A stretch of 64,000 nucleotides of DNA from an uncultured Chthonomonadaceae bacterium (lineage in GTDB: Bacteria > Armatimonadota > Chthonomonadetes > Chthonomonadales > Chthonomonadaceae): positions 224,001 to 288,000 of the forward strand of contig CAWIEK010000044.1 of the NCBI GenBank assembly GCA_963835065.1, given 5' to 3'. Below the pieces are notes generated by a model that saw only the letters and a program-made list of their open reading frames with translations, made no database searches and was not told the DNA's origin. Within the stretch, counting starts at the first letter, position 1. Each line of letters begins with the position of its first letter. A program made the translations under genes and the position numbers. Positions 41,834-52,153 of this stretch are shown in pieces.

Positions 41834-44800
41834 ATGTGGATGCGATTGCGAACTCGTTTTTTGATTACGGCGGCGCTGCTCCTGCGCCTGCCGTTTGTCG
41901 TTTTGTCGCCGGTTTACGCGCAAACGCCGCCTGCGTCGTCCGCGCGCGCCGGACAGCCGCCTGCCATTGCGCCCCAAGTCCTCAAACTGCTGCTTGCCGC
42001 AAACAAAGCCGCGAACGCTTATCACTGGGATGACGCGCTGCAAGGATACAACAAAGCGCTGATGCTGGCGCATACGCTTGATGACAAACTCGGCGAAGCG
42101 ACTACGTTGAACAACATGGGCCAGGTTTACGCTAACACGGGGCAGCCGCAGAAGGCGTTAGAGTTCTATAATCAAGCCTTGCCGCTGCTCCGGGCTATGG
42201 AAAATAAGAGCGTTGAAGCCGCGACTCTAAACAACATCGGCCTGGTTTACGCCAACATCGGTCAACGGCAGAAAGCCTTGGAGTTTTTCAACCAGGCCTT
42301 GCCAGTGTTCCATGTTGTCGGCGACAAGGACAGCGAAGCCACAATGTTGAACAACATCGGCCTGGTTTACGACAGCACGGGGGAGCCACAGAAGGCGTTA
42401 GCGTTCTATAATCAAGCCTTGCTGCTGCTTCGCGCTGTAGAAAATAGGAGCGTTGAAGCCACAACGCTGAACAACATCGGCGCGGTTTACACCAAGATTG
42501 GTCAGCCCCAGAAAGCCTTAGAGTTCTACAATCAAGCACTGCCGCTGCTTCGCGCTGCGGGAAATAAGAGCGTTGAAGTTGCGACCCTAAGCAACATCGG
42601 CGAGGTTTACCGCACCACGGGGGAGTCGCAGAAAGCCTTAGAGTTCTACAATCAAGCCTTGCTGTTGTGGAAAGAAGTCGGCGACAAGAGCGGCGAAGCC
42701 ACAACGCGGAACAATATCGGCGCGGTTTACGCCAAAATTGGTCAGCCGCAGAAAGCCTTGGAGTTCTATAATCAAGCCTTGCCGCTGCTCCGCGCTGTGG
42801 AAAATAAGAGCATTGAAGCCACAACGCTAAACAACATCGGCGAGGTGTACCGCAGCACGGGGCAGCCGCAGAAGGCATTGGAGTTCTACAATCAAGCACT
42901 GCCGCTGCTTCGCGCGGTGGGAAATAAGAGCGTTGAAGCCACAACGCTGAACAATATCGGCGAGGTTTACAACAACATCGGGCAGTCACAGAAAGCCTTG
43001 GAGTTCTACAATCAAGCCTTGCCGTTGTGGAAAGAAGTCGGCGGCCAGGGCGGCGAAGCCATGACGCTGAACAACATCGGCACGGTTTACGCCAATATGG
43101 ATCAGCCGCAGAAAGCCTTGGAGTTTTTCAACCAAGCCTTGCTGGTGTTCCATGTTGTTGGCGATAAAGACGGCGAAGCCACGACTCTGAGCAACATCGG
43201 CGCGGTTTACGACAACATCGGTCAATGGCAGAAAGCCCTGGAGTTCTACAATCAAGCCTTGCCACTGCTCCGCGCTGTAGGAAATAAGAGTGGCGAAGGC
43301 ACGACGCTGAGCAACATCGGCGCGGTTTATCGGCAGCAGCATGACCTGCCGCAAGCGGTACGCGCTCTGGAACAGGCTGTCGCGCTGACAGAAACCATTC
43401 GAGAAAATCTGGGCGGACTGTCCGAGGCGAAGGTGGCGTACCTGGAAAGCGAACTGGGCGCTTACTACGAATATACCGACGTGCTGCTTGACGCGCGCAA
43501 AACACAGGAAGCGTTTGCTCTCGCGCAGAAGATGAAGGCGCGCGCCCTTCTGGATACGCTTGGCGGTGGGCGCGCATCCCTCCAGAAAGCCCTTACCGAT
43601 GAGGAGCGGAACCGGGAACAAACACTGCGTCATGCCTGCGACGCGCTGAACGCGCAGATGATTGCCGAAGGCGCGCGCAACGAGGCCGGCGGCAAGAAAC
43701 GTTTCGAGGCGCTGCAGGAGCAGTTGCGGCAGGCAGAACGCGAATTAAGCAAATACACGGATACGCTGTACGCCCTGCATCCCGACCTGGCCCTGCAGCG
43801 CGTGGCGCATACCCTGACCGCAGCAGAAGCCGCAAAACTGCTTCCGTCTAACGCCGCTCTGCTGGAGTATGCTGTGCTGCGCTCAGGCAAGGACAAGAAC
43901 AAAGTAGACCGCGTGGCCGTGTTCGTGGTCACGCCGGATGGGAAAACAACGGCGCATACCCTGCCCATCAATGCCGAACAATTGCGCCAACAATCTGCCG
44001 CTTTCCGTGACGCCTGCGCCGACCCGAACAAGCCGTTTCGCCCGCTTTCCCGGCAGTTGTACGCGGCTCTGATTGCGCCCCTGTCGCCTCGCCTGTCCGG
44101 CAAAACCCACCTGCTGATTTGCCCGGACGGACCATTGTGGGATGTGCCGTTCGCGGCGCTCATGGCAGAAGAAAAGGAGAAAAGGAGAAAAGGAGAAAAG
44201 GAGCATTTGCCCTCAACTCTTAACTCTCAACCCTCAACTTTTCTCGCTGATCGCTTCCTGATTACCTATGCCTACTCCGCGACGGGAGCGCAGGCGGCGT
44301 TGCTGGCGCGTCCGGCGGGAATCATAACGGGCGATGTTTTTGTTCTTGCCAATCCTGATTTTGGCGATGCGCAGCGGTTTGGCGACAGCGTCGTGATTCC
44401 CGGTCAGCGTCCCTTTGAGAAACCCTCTCGCCCTTTTGAGAAACCTTCTCGTCCCTTTGAGAAACCCTCACGGGACCTGTTGACACAGATACAGGGCGGC
44501 ATTGCGGCTTTGCCCGGCACACAGCGCGAGGCGGATGTGCTGCATACGCTGTACCCCAACGCCGCTATCTTCACCGGCAAGCAGGCGCAGGAAGCCACGT
44601 TCAAGGCCGAAGCGGGCAAGTACAAGTACCTGCATCTGGCTTCTCATGCCTTCTTCAACGACGCCGCGCCCCTGCTCTCCTCCGTGTTCCTGGCCGCGCC
44701 GCCCAAAACCGGAGCGGGGAGTGAAGAAGACGGGTTCCTCACTGCCCGCGAACTGCTGGACATGGACTTACACGCCGACTTGATCGTGTTGTCCGCCTGC

Positions 44801-45073
44801 CAGACAGCGCGGGGCGAGAAACATTCCGGGGAGGGCATTGTGGGCATGACGTGGGCGCTGTTTGTGGCGGGCTGTCCGACGCAGGTACTCAGCCAGTGGA
44901 GCGTGGATGATGCGGCAACGGCACTGCTGATGGCGCGGTTTTACCGGGAACTCAAAGCCGGACAGCCGAAGGGCACAGCCTTGCGAACAGCGGAACGGGA
45001 ACTGCGGCGTAACCCGAAGTACGCCCATCCCTACTACTGGGCGCCCTTTCAGCTTGTCGGGCAGTGGCGGTGA
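41834..45073 (+). CDS. Signal-peptide TPR-CHAT (caspase-like) protease
   Basis: MRLRTRFLITAALLL...VYAQ; 40-aa TPRs; PDGPLWDVPFAAL, HLASHA, VLSACQT, HPYYWAPF. Confidence 0.92.
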   Translation: MWMRLRTRFLITAALLLRLPFVVLSPVYAQTPPASSARAGQPPAIAPQVLKLLLAANKAANAYHWDDALQGYNKALMLAHTLDDKLGEATTLNNMGQVYANTGQPQKALEFYNQALPLLRAMENKSVEAATLNNIGLVYANIGQRQKALEFFNQALPVFHVVGDKDSEATMLNNIGLVYDSTGEPQKALAFYNQALLLLRAVENRSVEATTLNNIGAVYTKIGQPQKALEFYNQALPLLRAAGNKSVEVATLSNIGEVYRTTGESQKALEFYNQALLLWKEVGDKSGEATTRNNIGAVYAKIGQPQKALEFYNQALPLLRAVENKSIEATTLNNIGEVYRSTGQPQKALEFYNQALPLLRAVGNKSVEATTLNNIGEVYNNIGQSQKALEFYNQALPLWKEVGGQGGEAMTLNNIGTVYANMDQPQKALEFFNQALLVFHVVGDKDGEATTLSNIGAVYDNIGQWQKALEFYNQALPLLRAVGNKSGEGTTLSNIGAVYRQQHDLPQAVRALEQAVALTETIRENLGGLSEAKVAYLESELGAYYEYTDVLLDARKTQEAFALAQKMKARALLDTLGGGRASLQKALTDEERNREQTLRHACDALNAQMIAEGARNEAGGKKRFEALQEQLRQAERELSKYTDTLYALHPDLALQRVAHTLTAAEAAKLLPSNAALLEYAVLRSGKDKNKVDRVAVFVVTPDGKTTAHTLPINAEQLRQQSAAFRDACADPNKPFRPLSRQLYAALIAPLSPRLSGKTHLLICPDGPLWDVPFAALMAEEKEKRRKGEKEHLPSTLNSQPSTFLADRFLITYAYSATGAQAALLARPAGIITGDVFVLANPDFGDAQRFGDSVVIPGQRPFEKPSRPFEKPSRPFEKPSRDLLTQIQGGIAALPGTQREADVLHTLYPNAAIFTGKQAQEATFKAEAGKYKYLHLASHAFFNDAAPLLSSVFLAAPPKTGAGSEEDGFLTARELLDMDLHADLIVLSACQTARGEKHSGEGIVGMTWALFVAGCPTQVLSQWSVDDAATALLMARFYRELKAGQPKGTALRTAERELRRNPKYAHPYYWAPFQLVGQWR
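42091..43330 (+). repeat. Tandem 120-bp coding repeats (10 full units plus a partial one)
   Basis: AACAACATCGG..GTTTAC..CAGAA.GC.TT.GAGTTCTA.AATCAAGC recurs every 120 bp. Confidence 0.95.
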
Positions 45074-45274
45074 TTGTCGAACCATGGATTAGGCATGATT
45101 CAATGATTACCATGATGCTGCGAACGCCAGCCTGTGTCTGCTCCCTCATGCTAATCCTCCTAATCATCGGCGCCTAATCATCGCGTTCTACGCACGACAA
45201 TCACCGCGCTCAAAATGAAACCAGTATTCTGTTTCTATGGTCATTGTCAACAGGAGGTGCAGAGGGTTGATTCT

Positions 45275-46254
45275 TCAACGCCCGAACACTTTGCTCAGGA
45301 CGGCAAGCAGCGATTTGTCGCCCGGCGCGTCGTTGTCCAGCGACCAGATCATTGCGCCGCCTAAGCCCTGCGCTTTGATGTATTCCGCTTTCGCCTTGAT
45401 GGTGGCAAGTCCGTTGTACCAGATGGTCGTTCCCACCTGATCTTTGTTTTCCGCGCCGGGGTAGGACGCGACAATTTCCGAATACGCGATCCCATCCTTG
45501 CGAAAGGCGGGCCAAACCCGTAGCCATAAAAGGGAACGCCCAGCACGGCTTTGGCTTTCGGCAGGCCGCGAGTAAGCCAGTAGTCCACGCTGTTTCGCGC
45601 CATCTCCAGGGACGAGTGCTGCCCCGGCTTGTTGGGATTCCAGGAACCCGTCGCGTCGTAGGCCATGATATTGACCCAATCGAAACGCGCCAGCGCTTCG
45701 TCGGGAACCATGCTGCCGCCATACCCCTGCGACAGCGCGGCGGTCAGCAGCTTGCCTTTGGGTTTCAATGCGCCCGCAAGGTCTTGAATGAACGCGCCGT
45801 AGTTCTTGTTGATGGCAGGGCCTTCCAGGTCTACGTCCAGCCCGTCGAAGTTGTGGCTCGTCACATAAGCGGCCAGCTTTGCCACGAAGCCCGCGCGTTT
45901 GTCATCGGCAATCAAAGCGAAATACCGCGCCAGCAGCGCTTTGTCTTCCGACGCCGAGCCGCCGCCAATGGAAATCAGAACGGGAACATGGCGCTGATGC
46001 GCTTTTGCAATCAGAGCGTCATTGACGCGCTTGAAGGACAAATCGCCGTTCGCATTCACAGGGTTCTCGAATGCCAGATTGATATGCGTGATGTGGGCAT
46101 AGTCAATGGTGTCCGCAAACCGGCTCAATTCTATCCAGTTGGGAACATACGCCACCACTTTGCTTCGGGATGGCGCAGCGGGTTCCCCATGCGAGGCCGC
46201 ACCCGTCAGCGCGAAAACCGCCAGCGCGAAAAGCGCACACGTTAGCATCCTCAT
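45275..46254 (-). CDS. Secreted GH18 glycoside hydrolase (frameshift near 45510)
   Basis: THINLAF, SIGG, FDGLDVDLE, NIMAYD, LGVPFYG; GGAMIW in the second frame. Confidence 0.9.
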
Positions 46255-46455
46255 CGTTCGTAAATCCCTTCTTTATCTGCGCTATGTGTTTTGTAAGGCG
46301 CAGTAGTTCTATTGTAGCATACCCATTGCACCGCATTGACGAACAAGGTGAAACGTCCGCCGCTCCCGGAACGTACAAAATTGGGTACTTAAAGATTGAA
46401 TCCCCAATCGTACCCAATGCAAATTCAAGCAGATTCACTATGGATGTCTAACCTC

Positions 46456-47799
46456 ATGAAATATGGTACACGACTTGCCGCGCTGTTGCTGCTGTGCGGC
46501 GCATTGACGGTTCCTCTTACCGGTTTTGCGAAGCGGGTAGAGCCTGCGCGCTTGAATGTCGCCATGCGCCGCCGATTGTTCGATCTTGTCTGGACGCGGG
46601 TTCGGGATCGTTTTTATGACGTGAAAATGAATGGCGTGGACTGGAACGCCGTGCGCAGGCGCTATGAGCCAAAAGCGCTGCAAGCCCCAACTGACGATGC
46701 TTTTTACCAGACGCTCAACCAGATGCTGGGAGAATTGAAGCAGTCGCACCTGGGCGTTCGCGGCCCCGAAGAAGCGCAGGATATGGCGAACGGCAAGCCC
46801 GCGACAGACAGCGCAAGGGACGGCGAAACCGGAATCACCGCCCTGCTGATCGGCGGCGCTCCCGTGATTACGCGCGTGGCGGAACATTCGGCAGCGGCAG
46901 ACGCGGGAATCAAGCCGGGACAAAGTCTTATCGCCATCAATGGCAAGCCCCTCGCTACCGGCTTGAAGCGCATCAATGACCGCAAACCGGCTTTGCGCGA
47001 AGGGGAAAAGCGCGTGGCGGTTTGGGCGCTGACGCGAAGCTTGCTGGCCGGGCCTGTGGGACAAACGGTAAAGATAACCGTCTCCAACGCGGACGGCTCC
47101 CCGGCTAAAACCATTGCGCTGACGCGCCGCGCGTCTGCGGGACAATTTCTGACTTTTGGCGCGCTGCCGCCCATTCCTTCCGAAGTGGAAACCCGAACGC
47201 TGGCAAACGGCGTCGGCTACATCCGCTTCAATATCTTCCTGATGCCCCTGCTCACGCCCATTCGCAAGGCCATACAGGACATGGCGGCGGCGAACGCGCC
47301 CGCCATTATCCTCGACCTGCGCGACAATCCCGGTGGCTTGGGCGGCATGGCTCCCGCGCTTGCGGGCATGTTCGTCAGCAGTCCGACCAATCTGGGAACC
47401 ATGAAAACGCGCGCAACGGAATTGAAGTTTCCGATTTTCCCGCAGCAGCCCCACTATGACGGGCCGCTCGTGATTTTGACGGACGAAGCCTCCCTCAGCA
47501 CGTCCGAAATTCTGGCGGGCGGCCTGCAGGAGATCAAGCGCGCGGTTGTATTTGGGCGGGCAACGGGCGGCATGGTGCTGCCCTCGCAGGTCGAAGAACT
47601 GCCGGGTGGTGGCGAATTCCAGTACGCCTTCGCGGACTTCCATACCCCCAAAGGCGTTCGGCTGGAAGGCCGGGGCGTGACGCCGGACGTTGAAGTCACC
47701 CTGACGCCGCAACTGCTGCTTGCCCATCCCGACCCGACTTTGGACGCGGCGCTTGCCTACCTTGCCAAACCGCAAACATCCAGTACCGCTGTCAAGTAG
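46456..47799 (+). CDS. S41 family peptidase with PDZ domain
   Basis: GVDW, GYIRFN.F, ILDLRDNPGG, S.STSEILAG, EGRGV.PD. Confidence 0.9.
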   Translation: MKYGTRLAALLLLCGALTVPLTGFAKRVEPARLNVAMRRRLFDLVWTRVRDRFYDVKMNGVDWNAVRRRYEPKALQAPTDDAFYQTLNQMLGELKQSHLGVRGPEEAQDMANGKPATDSARDGETGITALLIGGAPVITRVAEHSAAADAGIKPGQSLIAINGKPLATGLKRINDRKPALREGEKRVAVWALTRSLLAGPVGQTVKITVSNADGSPAKTIALTRRASAGQFLTFGALPPIPSEVETRTLANGVGYIRFNIFLMPLLTPIRKAIQDMAAANAPAIILDLRDNPGGLGGMAPALAGMFVSSPTNLGTMKTRATELKFPIFPQQPHYDGPLVILTDEASLSTSEILAGGLQEIKRAVVFGRATGGMVLPSQVEELPGGGEFQYAFADFHTPKGVRLEGRGVTPDVEVTLTPQLLLAHPDPTLDAALAYLAKPQTSSTAVK

Positions 47800-47908
47800 T
47801 TGATAGTTGATAGTTGATAGTTGATAGATGGGCATGAATTACAAAATCTCAGCCCCTGCGCTAAGTCAACATTAAACCAGCACGAAATTTGTAAAGGAAG
47901 CCTGACCT

Positions 47909-48712
47909 ATGCTGCCACGCAATAAATCTATTTTCACTCTTTCTTCGCTGTTGACGGTCACGCTCGGCATGGCGATGCTGCCGGCGTTTGTTGCCGTCAG
48001 GGGCGCGCAGGCGGAACCGGCGACGCCGACAGTTACTCAGGTAATGAACGACTTTATCGCCGCAAGCGGGGGAAAGACGGCCTATACCAAAATCACCAGC
48101 ACGGAAATTCACGGCACGTTCAGCATGAAGGCGCAGAAAATCACGGCCAGTGTCGTGACCAAAGCCAAAACGCCCGACAAAATTTTGGTGACGCAGGAGA
48201 TTGCGGGGCTGGGCAAGTTCGAGCAGGGCTATGATGGCAAAACCGCCTGGGCGCGCGACCCTCTGCACGGCCTGCGCACTCTGGAAGGCAACGAGCTGGA
48301 GCAGATGCGGACGCAGGCGCGTTTCAACGGTCCGCTGTACTGGAAGGAACTTTACGCCAAATCGGAGATGCTCGGCATACGAACGGTCAACGGCGCAAAA
48401 GCCTACGCCATTCGCCTGACGCCCGCTAAAGGACGGCCCGCCACGCAATACTACGATGTGAAAACCAAACTGCTTGTGCGCGTGGACCAGACGGTAGATC
48501 AGCCAGAGGGTTCCATTCCGACAGAAGCCTACCTTTCGGATTATCGCGTGGTGGATGGCGTGAAGGAGCCGTTTACGGTGCGCCAGGTCTCGCCGAGCAT
48601 TGGCGAAGCGGAAATCACGACCAACAAGATTCAGAACAATGTGGCCTTTGACGACGCCATTTTCGCCAAACCCGCCGAAGGCTCCACAGCCGCGCCCAAA
48701 GCCGCAAAATAG
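47909..48712 (+). CDS. Secreted beta-rich protein, possibly LolA-like fold
   Basis: Signal peptide; FI.ASGGK.A, QGYDGK.AW, YYD.KT.LL, SDYR.VDGVK.PF. Confidence 0.7.
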   Translation: MLPRNKSIFTLSSLLTVTLGMAMLPAFVAVRGAQAEPATPTVTQVMNDFIAASGGKTAYTKITSTEIHGTFSMKAQKITASVVTKAKTPDKILVTQEIAGLGKFEQGYDGKTAWARDPLHGLRTLEGNELEQMRTQARFNGPLYWKELYAKSEMLGIRTVNGAKAYAIRLTPAKGRPATQYYDVKTKLLVRVDQTVDQPEGSIPTEAYLSDYRVVDGVKEPFTVRQVSPSIGEAEITTNKIQNNVAFDDAIFAKPAEGSTAAPKAAK

Positions 48713-48828
48713 CGTTCGCCTGCCCTGCGGAAAGCAGCGCGAACAGCCGAATATCCTGCGAACGTCATGTAACGAACCGTTTACCTATCGGTACGCGGCG
48801 ATTTGCCTGTTGGAAACGAGGATTTATC

Positions 48829-49542
48829 ATGCTATTTCGCGGGCTTGGACGGCACGGCTTGCCGCCATGCAGTTTGCTGTTGTTTTTGGGACTGCCCTGG
48901 ACGCTGCTGGTCAACGGCAAAGCCAGTTCGGTTGCGCCTATCGAGCAGAACGGCCAGTTGTACATTCCCCTGTCCGCGCTGAAAGCGGCGGGCGCGCAGG
49001 TCAGCGTTCAGGGGCATGACGCGCGCGTCCAGTTCCTGCCCTATCAGGGCGGCGCAAATCAGGTGGAAGGAGTGGAAGGGCTGGCGAATACCTGGCTCAA
49101 CAACGGAGTGTGGCGGGTGCGCGTCCTGAAAGTGGAGCCGACAACCGATCCCTTCGACCCGCAAAAGCCCGGTTACAACGTGACGCTGGAAGCCCGCAAT
49201 GCGTCCGCGAAAACCGCGTCCCTCTTCCAGACGGGCGTGGAGTTTCCGCAGTTGTTCGATGCCGACGAGAGCGTATTAAAGGTGGATGAAAGCGCGTGGC
49301 AGACGCGCCTGCAAATGAAAGACCTGCTGCAAGGCAGTGGCCTGACCGCCACTATTCCGTTCTATTACCCACACGGAACGGCGGCGGAAGCGGTGAAAGC
49401 CCCATTAAAACTGGTGCTGCCGATCAGCGCAGGTTCCGGTCTGCTGCGCGACACGGGCCTGAAATACGCCGTGAAATCGCCCACGTTCCGCATCTGGCTA
49501 CAGCCGCAAAAGCAGGCCGAGGCCGACAATTCGGGGCGCTGA
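48829..49542 (+). CDS. Hypothetical secreted protein
   Basis: 237-aa ORF; LLVNGK...NGQLYIPL, WLNNGVWRVRV. Confidence 0.65.
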   Translation: MLFRGLGRHGLPPCSLLLFLGLPWTLLVNGKASSVAPIEQNGQLYIPLSALKAAGAQVSVQGHDARVQFLPYQGGANQVEGVEGLANTWLNNGVWRVRVLKVEPTTDPFDPQKPGYNVTLEARNASAKTASLFQTGVEFPQLFDADESVLKVDESAWQTRLQMKDLLQGSGLTATIPFYYPHGTAAEAVKAPLKLVLPISAGSGLLRDTGLKYAVKSPTFRIWLQPQKQAEADNSGR

Positions 49543-49561
49543 AACGATTAATACGCTCGCC

Positions 49562-49645
49562 GTAAGCGGGCTTGATGAATCAATACGTTTGCCGTGAGCG
49601 GCTTGATGAATCAAGACAACCGGGCTTGATGAATCAAGCCCCTAC
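49562..49645. repeat. Cluster of three REP-like palindromes
   Basis: GGCTTGATGAATCAA x3; the last reads GGGCTTGATGAATCAAGCCCCTAC. Confidence 0.8.
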
Positions 49646-49683
49646 ACAACGGCCTTTTCACGCGCCGTTAGTATACAAGCAAA

Positions 49684-49718
49684 CAGCGACAGGAACACAT
49701 TTCGCGTTCCTGTCGCTG
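49684..49718. terminator. Hairpin between convergent genes
   Basis: CAGCGACAGGAAC...GTTCCTGTCGCTG. Confidence 0.65.
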
Positions 49719-49754
49719 CTTGCTTGTATGTGGCTACTTGCCTACGGCACGTGG

Positions 49755-50501
49755 CTACTTGCCTACGGTCTTCATGTCCATACTGAGCTTCATACTCATT
49801 TTCTGCGGCTGGTTCGGTATGGTCATGGACATGGTGGTCGTCATGCTCATGCTGTTGAGGGAGCCGTCCGCGACGTTGTAGTAACTGGTTCCCGTGCCGT
49901 TCATCGTGGCGGTTCCCGTGCCGGAAAATTTAACCGCCATTTCCGCCACTTGCTTTCCGCCGACGTTTTTGATGCCGACGAAGGTGCTGGTGGACTTCAT
50001 CTGAATGTTTTGAGTCATCTGGTTCACGGTTTTGCTGCTCGTATAGCTTTGCCCCACTTTAAGCGGCTTGTCGGGCAGTGAGCCGCTCATTTGCTCCAGT
50101 CCCATGCCGGCTCCCGCGCCGGAAACCTTCCCCACTATCTGCCCCCGGTCGTCCATCGTAATTTGCTGCGTTTGCGGCTTGGACATCACCTGCCCGTTCA
50201 TTGTCACCGCGCCCATTTCCTGCTTGATGGTGGCTTTATTGCCTGTCACGCTTACAACGGTCATCGTAACCGGGACCACCATATTCATCGCCACCGGTTT
50301 GGTTTGCTGCGCGCCCCCGGCGCCGGCAGGCAACTCGGTTTTAGTCGTTGCCTGGTAGCGCGTAACCTGGCCTTTGGTATATTTTATGTGAAACTGATAG
50401 GCGTCCCCAACCTTCGTTACCTGAGCGCCCGCGTTTGTCGTTGCCATCAGCCCCGCGCCGCCGACCATCAAACATCCCAACAAAGAGCGAAATCAATTCA
50501 T
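49755..50501 (-). CDS. Secreted hypothetical protein; in-frame TGA at codon 3
   Basis: GGAG RBS then ATG AAT TGA TTT CGC in frame with ORF 49755..50483. Confidence 0.7.
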
Positions 50502-50753
50502 CGTGTTCTCCAAAAGAAAAAAGCGTTGTTGTGGCGTAGGCGAACAGTACCGGCGAATCGCCACTCTGTTCCGCGCAGACGCTCCAGCGCGCAATGCAAA
50601 AGCATTGGGCTTTCACCATAGTATACCATGCACAGCAGCGAAGCATTTAGAGGTGGCATTTACACTTGCAATCTTCTGAGCAGAGGCGTATAATGGGCGC
50701 GAGAAACTTGCCGGAGCAACTTGCTAAGGCAACCTATTTTAATGGAGGGCGCT

Positions 50754-52001
50754 ATGCGGGCGGAGATCGTGTCGGTGGGAACGGAATTGTTGTTGGGCCA
50801 GATTGTGGATACGAACGCGGCTTATGTGGCGAAGGCGCTGTCGGCGGTGGGTATCGGCGTGTATCGGCGGCAAACGGTCGGGGATAACCGCGAACGGCTG
50901 CTGGCGGCATTGCGGCAGGCATTAAGCGACTCGGAAATCGTGATTACCATCGGCGGATTGGGGCCGACGATGGACGACATTACCCGCGACGGCCTTGCGG
51001 AAGTGTTCGGCGACCCGCTGCGCATGGATGAAGGCATCGCGCAAAAACTGCGCGATTTCTTTGCCCTGCGCAACGCGCCGCTTTTGGAAAGCAATCTGCG
51101 GCAGGCGATGGTTCCCGTACATGGCCGCGCTCTGGACAACCCCAACGGCACGGCTCCCGGCCTGCTGTTTGAAAACACGTTTGAAGGTAAAGACCGAATC
51201 GGCATTGCCCTGCCCGGCCCGCCCAACGAGTTTATTCCGCTTGTGGACAACATCGCGCTGCCGTATCTGCGGGCAAAAACGGGCAATGTGGGCACAATCC
51301 GTTCCCTCACGCTGCGCATTGCGGGCATGGGCGAAAGCCTGGTGGAAGACAAAGTGAAAAACCTGATGCTCGATGCCAACCCAAGCGTCGCCCCCTATGC
51401 CAAAGTGGGCGAAGTGCATTTGCGCGTCACGGCGCGGGCGGACACCGAAGCCGAAGCCGACGCGCTGATTGTCGAACGGGCGCAGCAGGTCAGGCAGCGA
51501 CTGGGCAGCGTGATTTACGGCGAAGACGACGAGACGATAGAAAAAGTGGCCGTCGCGCTGTTGCGGAAAAGCGGGCAAACCGTAGCGACGGCGGAAAGCT
51601 GCACGGGCGGCATGGTGGCGCAGCGCATAACCGACGTGGCGGGCAGTTCGCAGGCGTTTATGGGCGGCGTGGTCGCGTACAGCAACGCGGCAAAGACGGA
51701 TTTGGTAAATGTGCCTGCCGAGACCATTGCCCGCGTCGGAGCCGTCAGCCCCGAAGTGGCGCAGGCGTTGGCCGAAGGCGCAAGGCAGCGGTTCGGAACC
51801 ACCTACGGCATCGGCATCACAGGCGTCGCCGGCCCGGAAGGCGGCACAGCGGAAAAACCCGTCGGCTTAGTTTACATCGGCGTCGCCCACCCCGATGGCT
51901 GCGACGTAGAAAAATGCAATTTCATCGGTTCGCGGCAGGTCGTCCGCACCCGTTCCGCCCAAACCGCCCTGAACATGCTGCGGCTGCGCGTTTTGTCTTG
52001 A
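50754..52001 (+). CDS. cinA: Competence/damage-inducible protein CinA
   Basis: AEIVSVGTELLLGQIVDTN, GGLGPT.DD, LPGPP.E, AESCTGG, ITGVAGP. Confidence 0.95.
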   Translation: MRAEIVSVGTELLLGQIVDTNAAYVAKALSAVGIGVYRRQTVGDNRERLLAALRQALSDSEIVITIGGLGPTMDDITRDGLAEVFGDPLRMDEGIAQKLRDFFALRNAPLLESNLRQAMVPVHGRALDNPNGTAPGLLFENTFEGKDRIGIALPGPPNEFIPLVDNIALPYLRAKTGNVGTIRSLTLRIAGMGESLVEDKVKNLMLDANPSVAPYAKVGEVHLRVTARADTEAEADALIVERAQQVRQRLGSVIYGEDDETIEKVAVALLRKSGQTVATAESCTGGMVAQRITDVAGSSQAFMGGVVAYSNAAKTDLVNVPAETIARVGAVSPEVAQALAEGARQRFGTTYGIGITGVAGPEGGTAEKPVGLVYIGVAHPDGCDVEKCNFIGSRQVVRTRSAQTALNMLRLRVLS

Positions 52002-52095
52002 ACCATGATTTCACATGATTTTGATGATTACCATGATTGGCCCGGTCTTCATCATGTTAATCATTCTAATCATGTGAAATCATGGTTCAAGACAA
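51993..52095. repeat. Palindromic element with CATGATT-type subunits
   Basis: Perfect 28-bp IR (51993..52020 / 52068..52095) overlapping the cinA stop; related element at about 45079..45182. Confidence 0.9.
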
Positions 52096-52153
52096 GAAAA
52101 CAGCCGAGCGACGAGAGGACATTCGCGCACCGCTACAGGAGATAGCCGCATGA
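52091..52153 (+). pseudogene. 3'-terminal remnant of a paralogous DNA methyltransferase gene
   Basis: DKKTAERREDIRAPLQEIAA* versus DRKTAERREGIRTQLQEAAA* (53989..54051), 15/20 identical. Confidence 0.85.

Noticed and set aside
42091..43330. CRISPR array
   Set aside because: In-frame 120-bp coding TPR units with no unique spacers and no cas genes
50654..50670. Sigma-54 promoter upstream of cinA
   Set aside because: GG-to-GC spacing is 11 rather than the required 10
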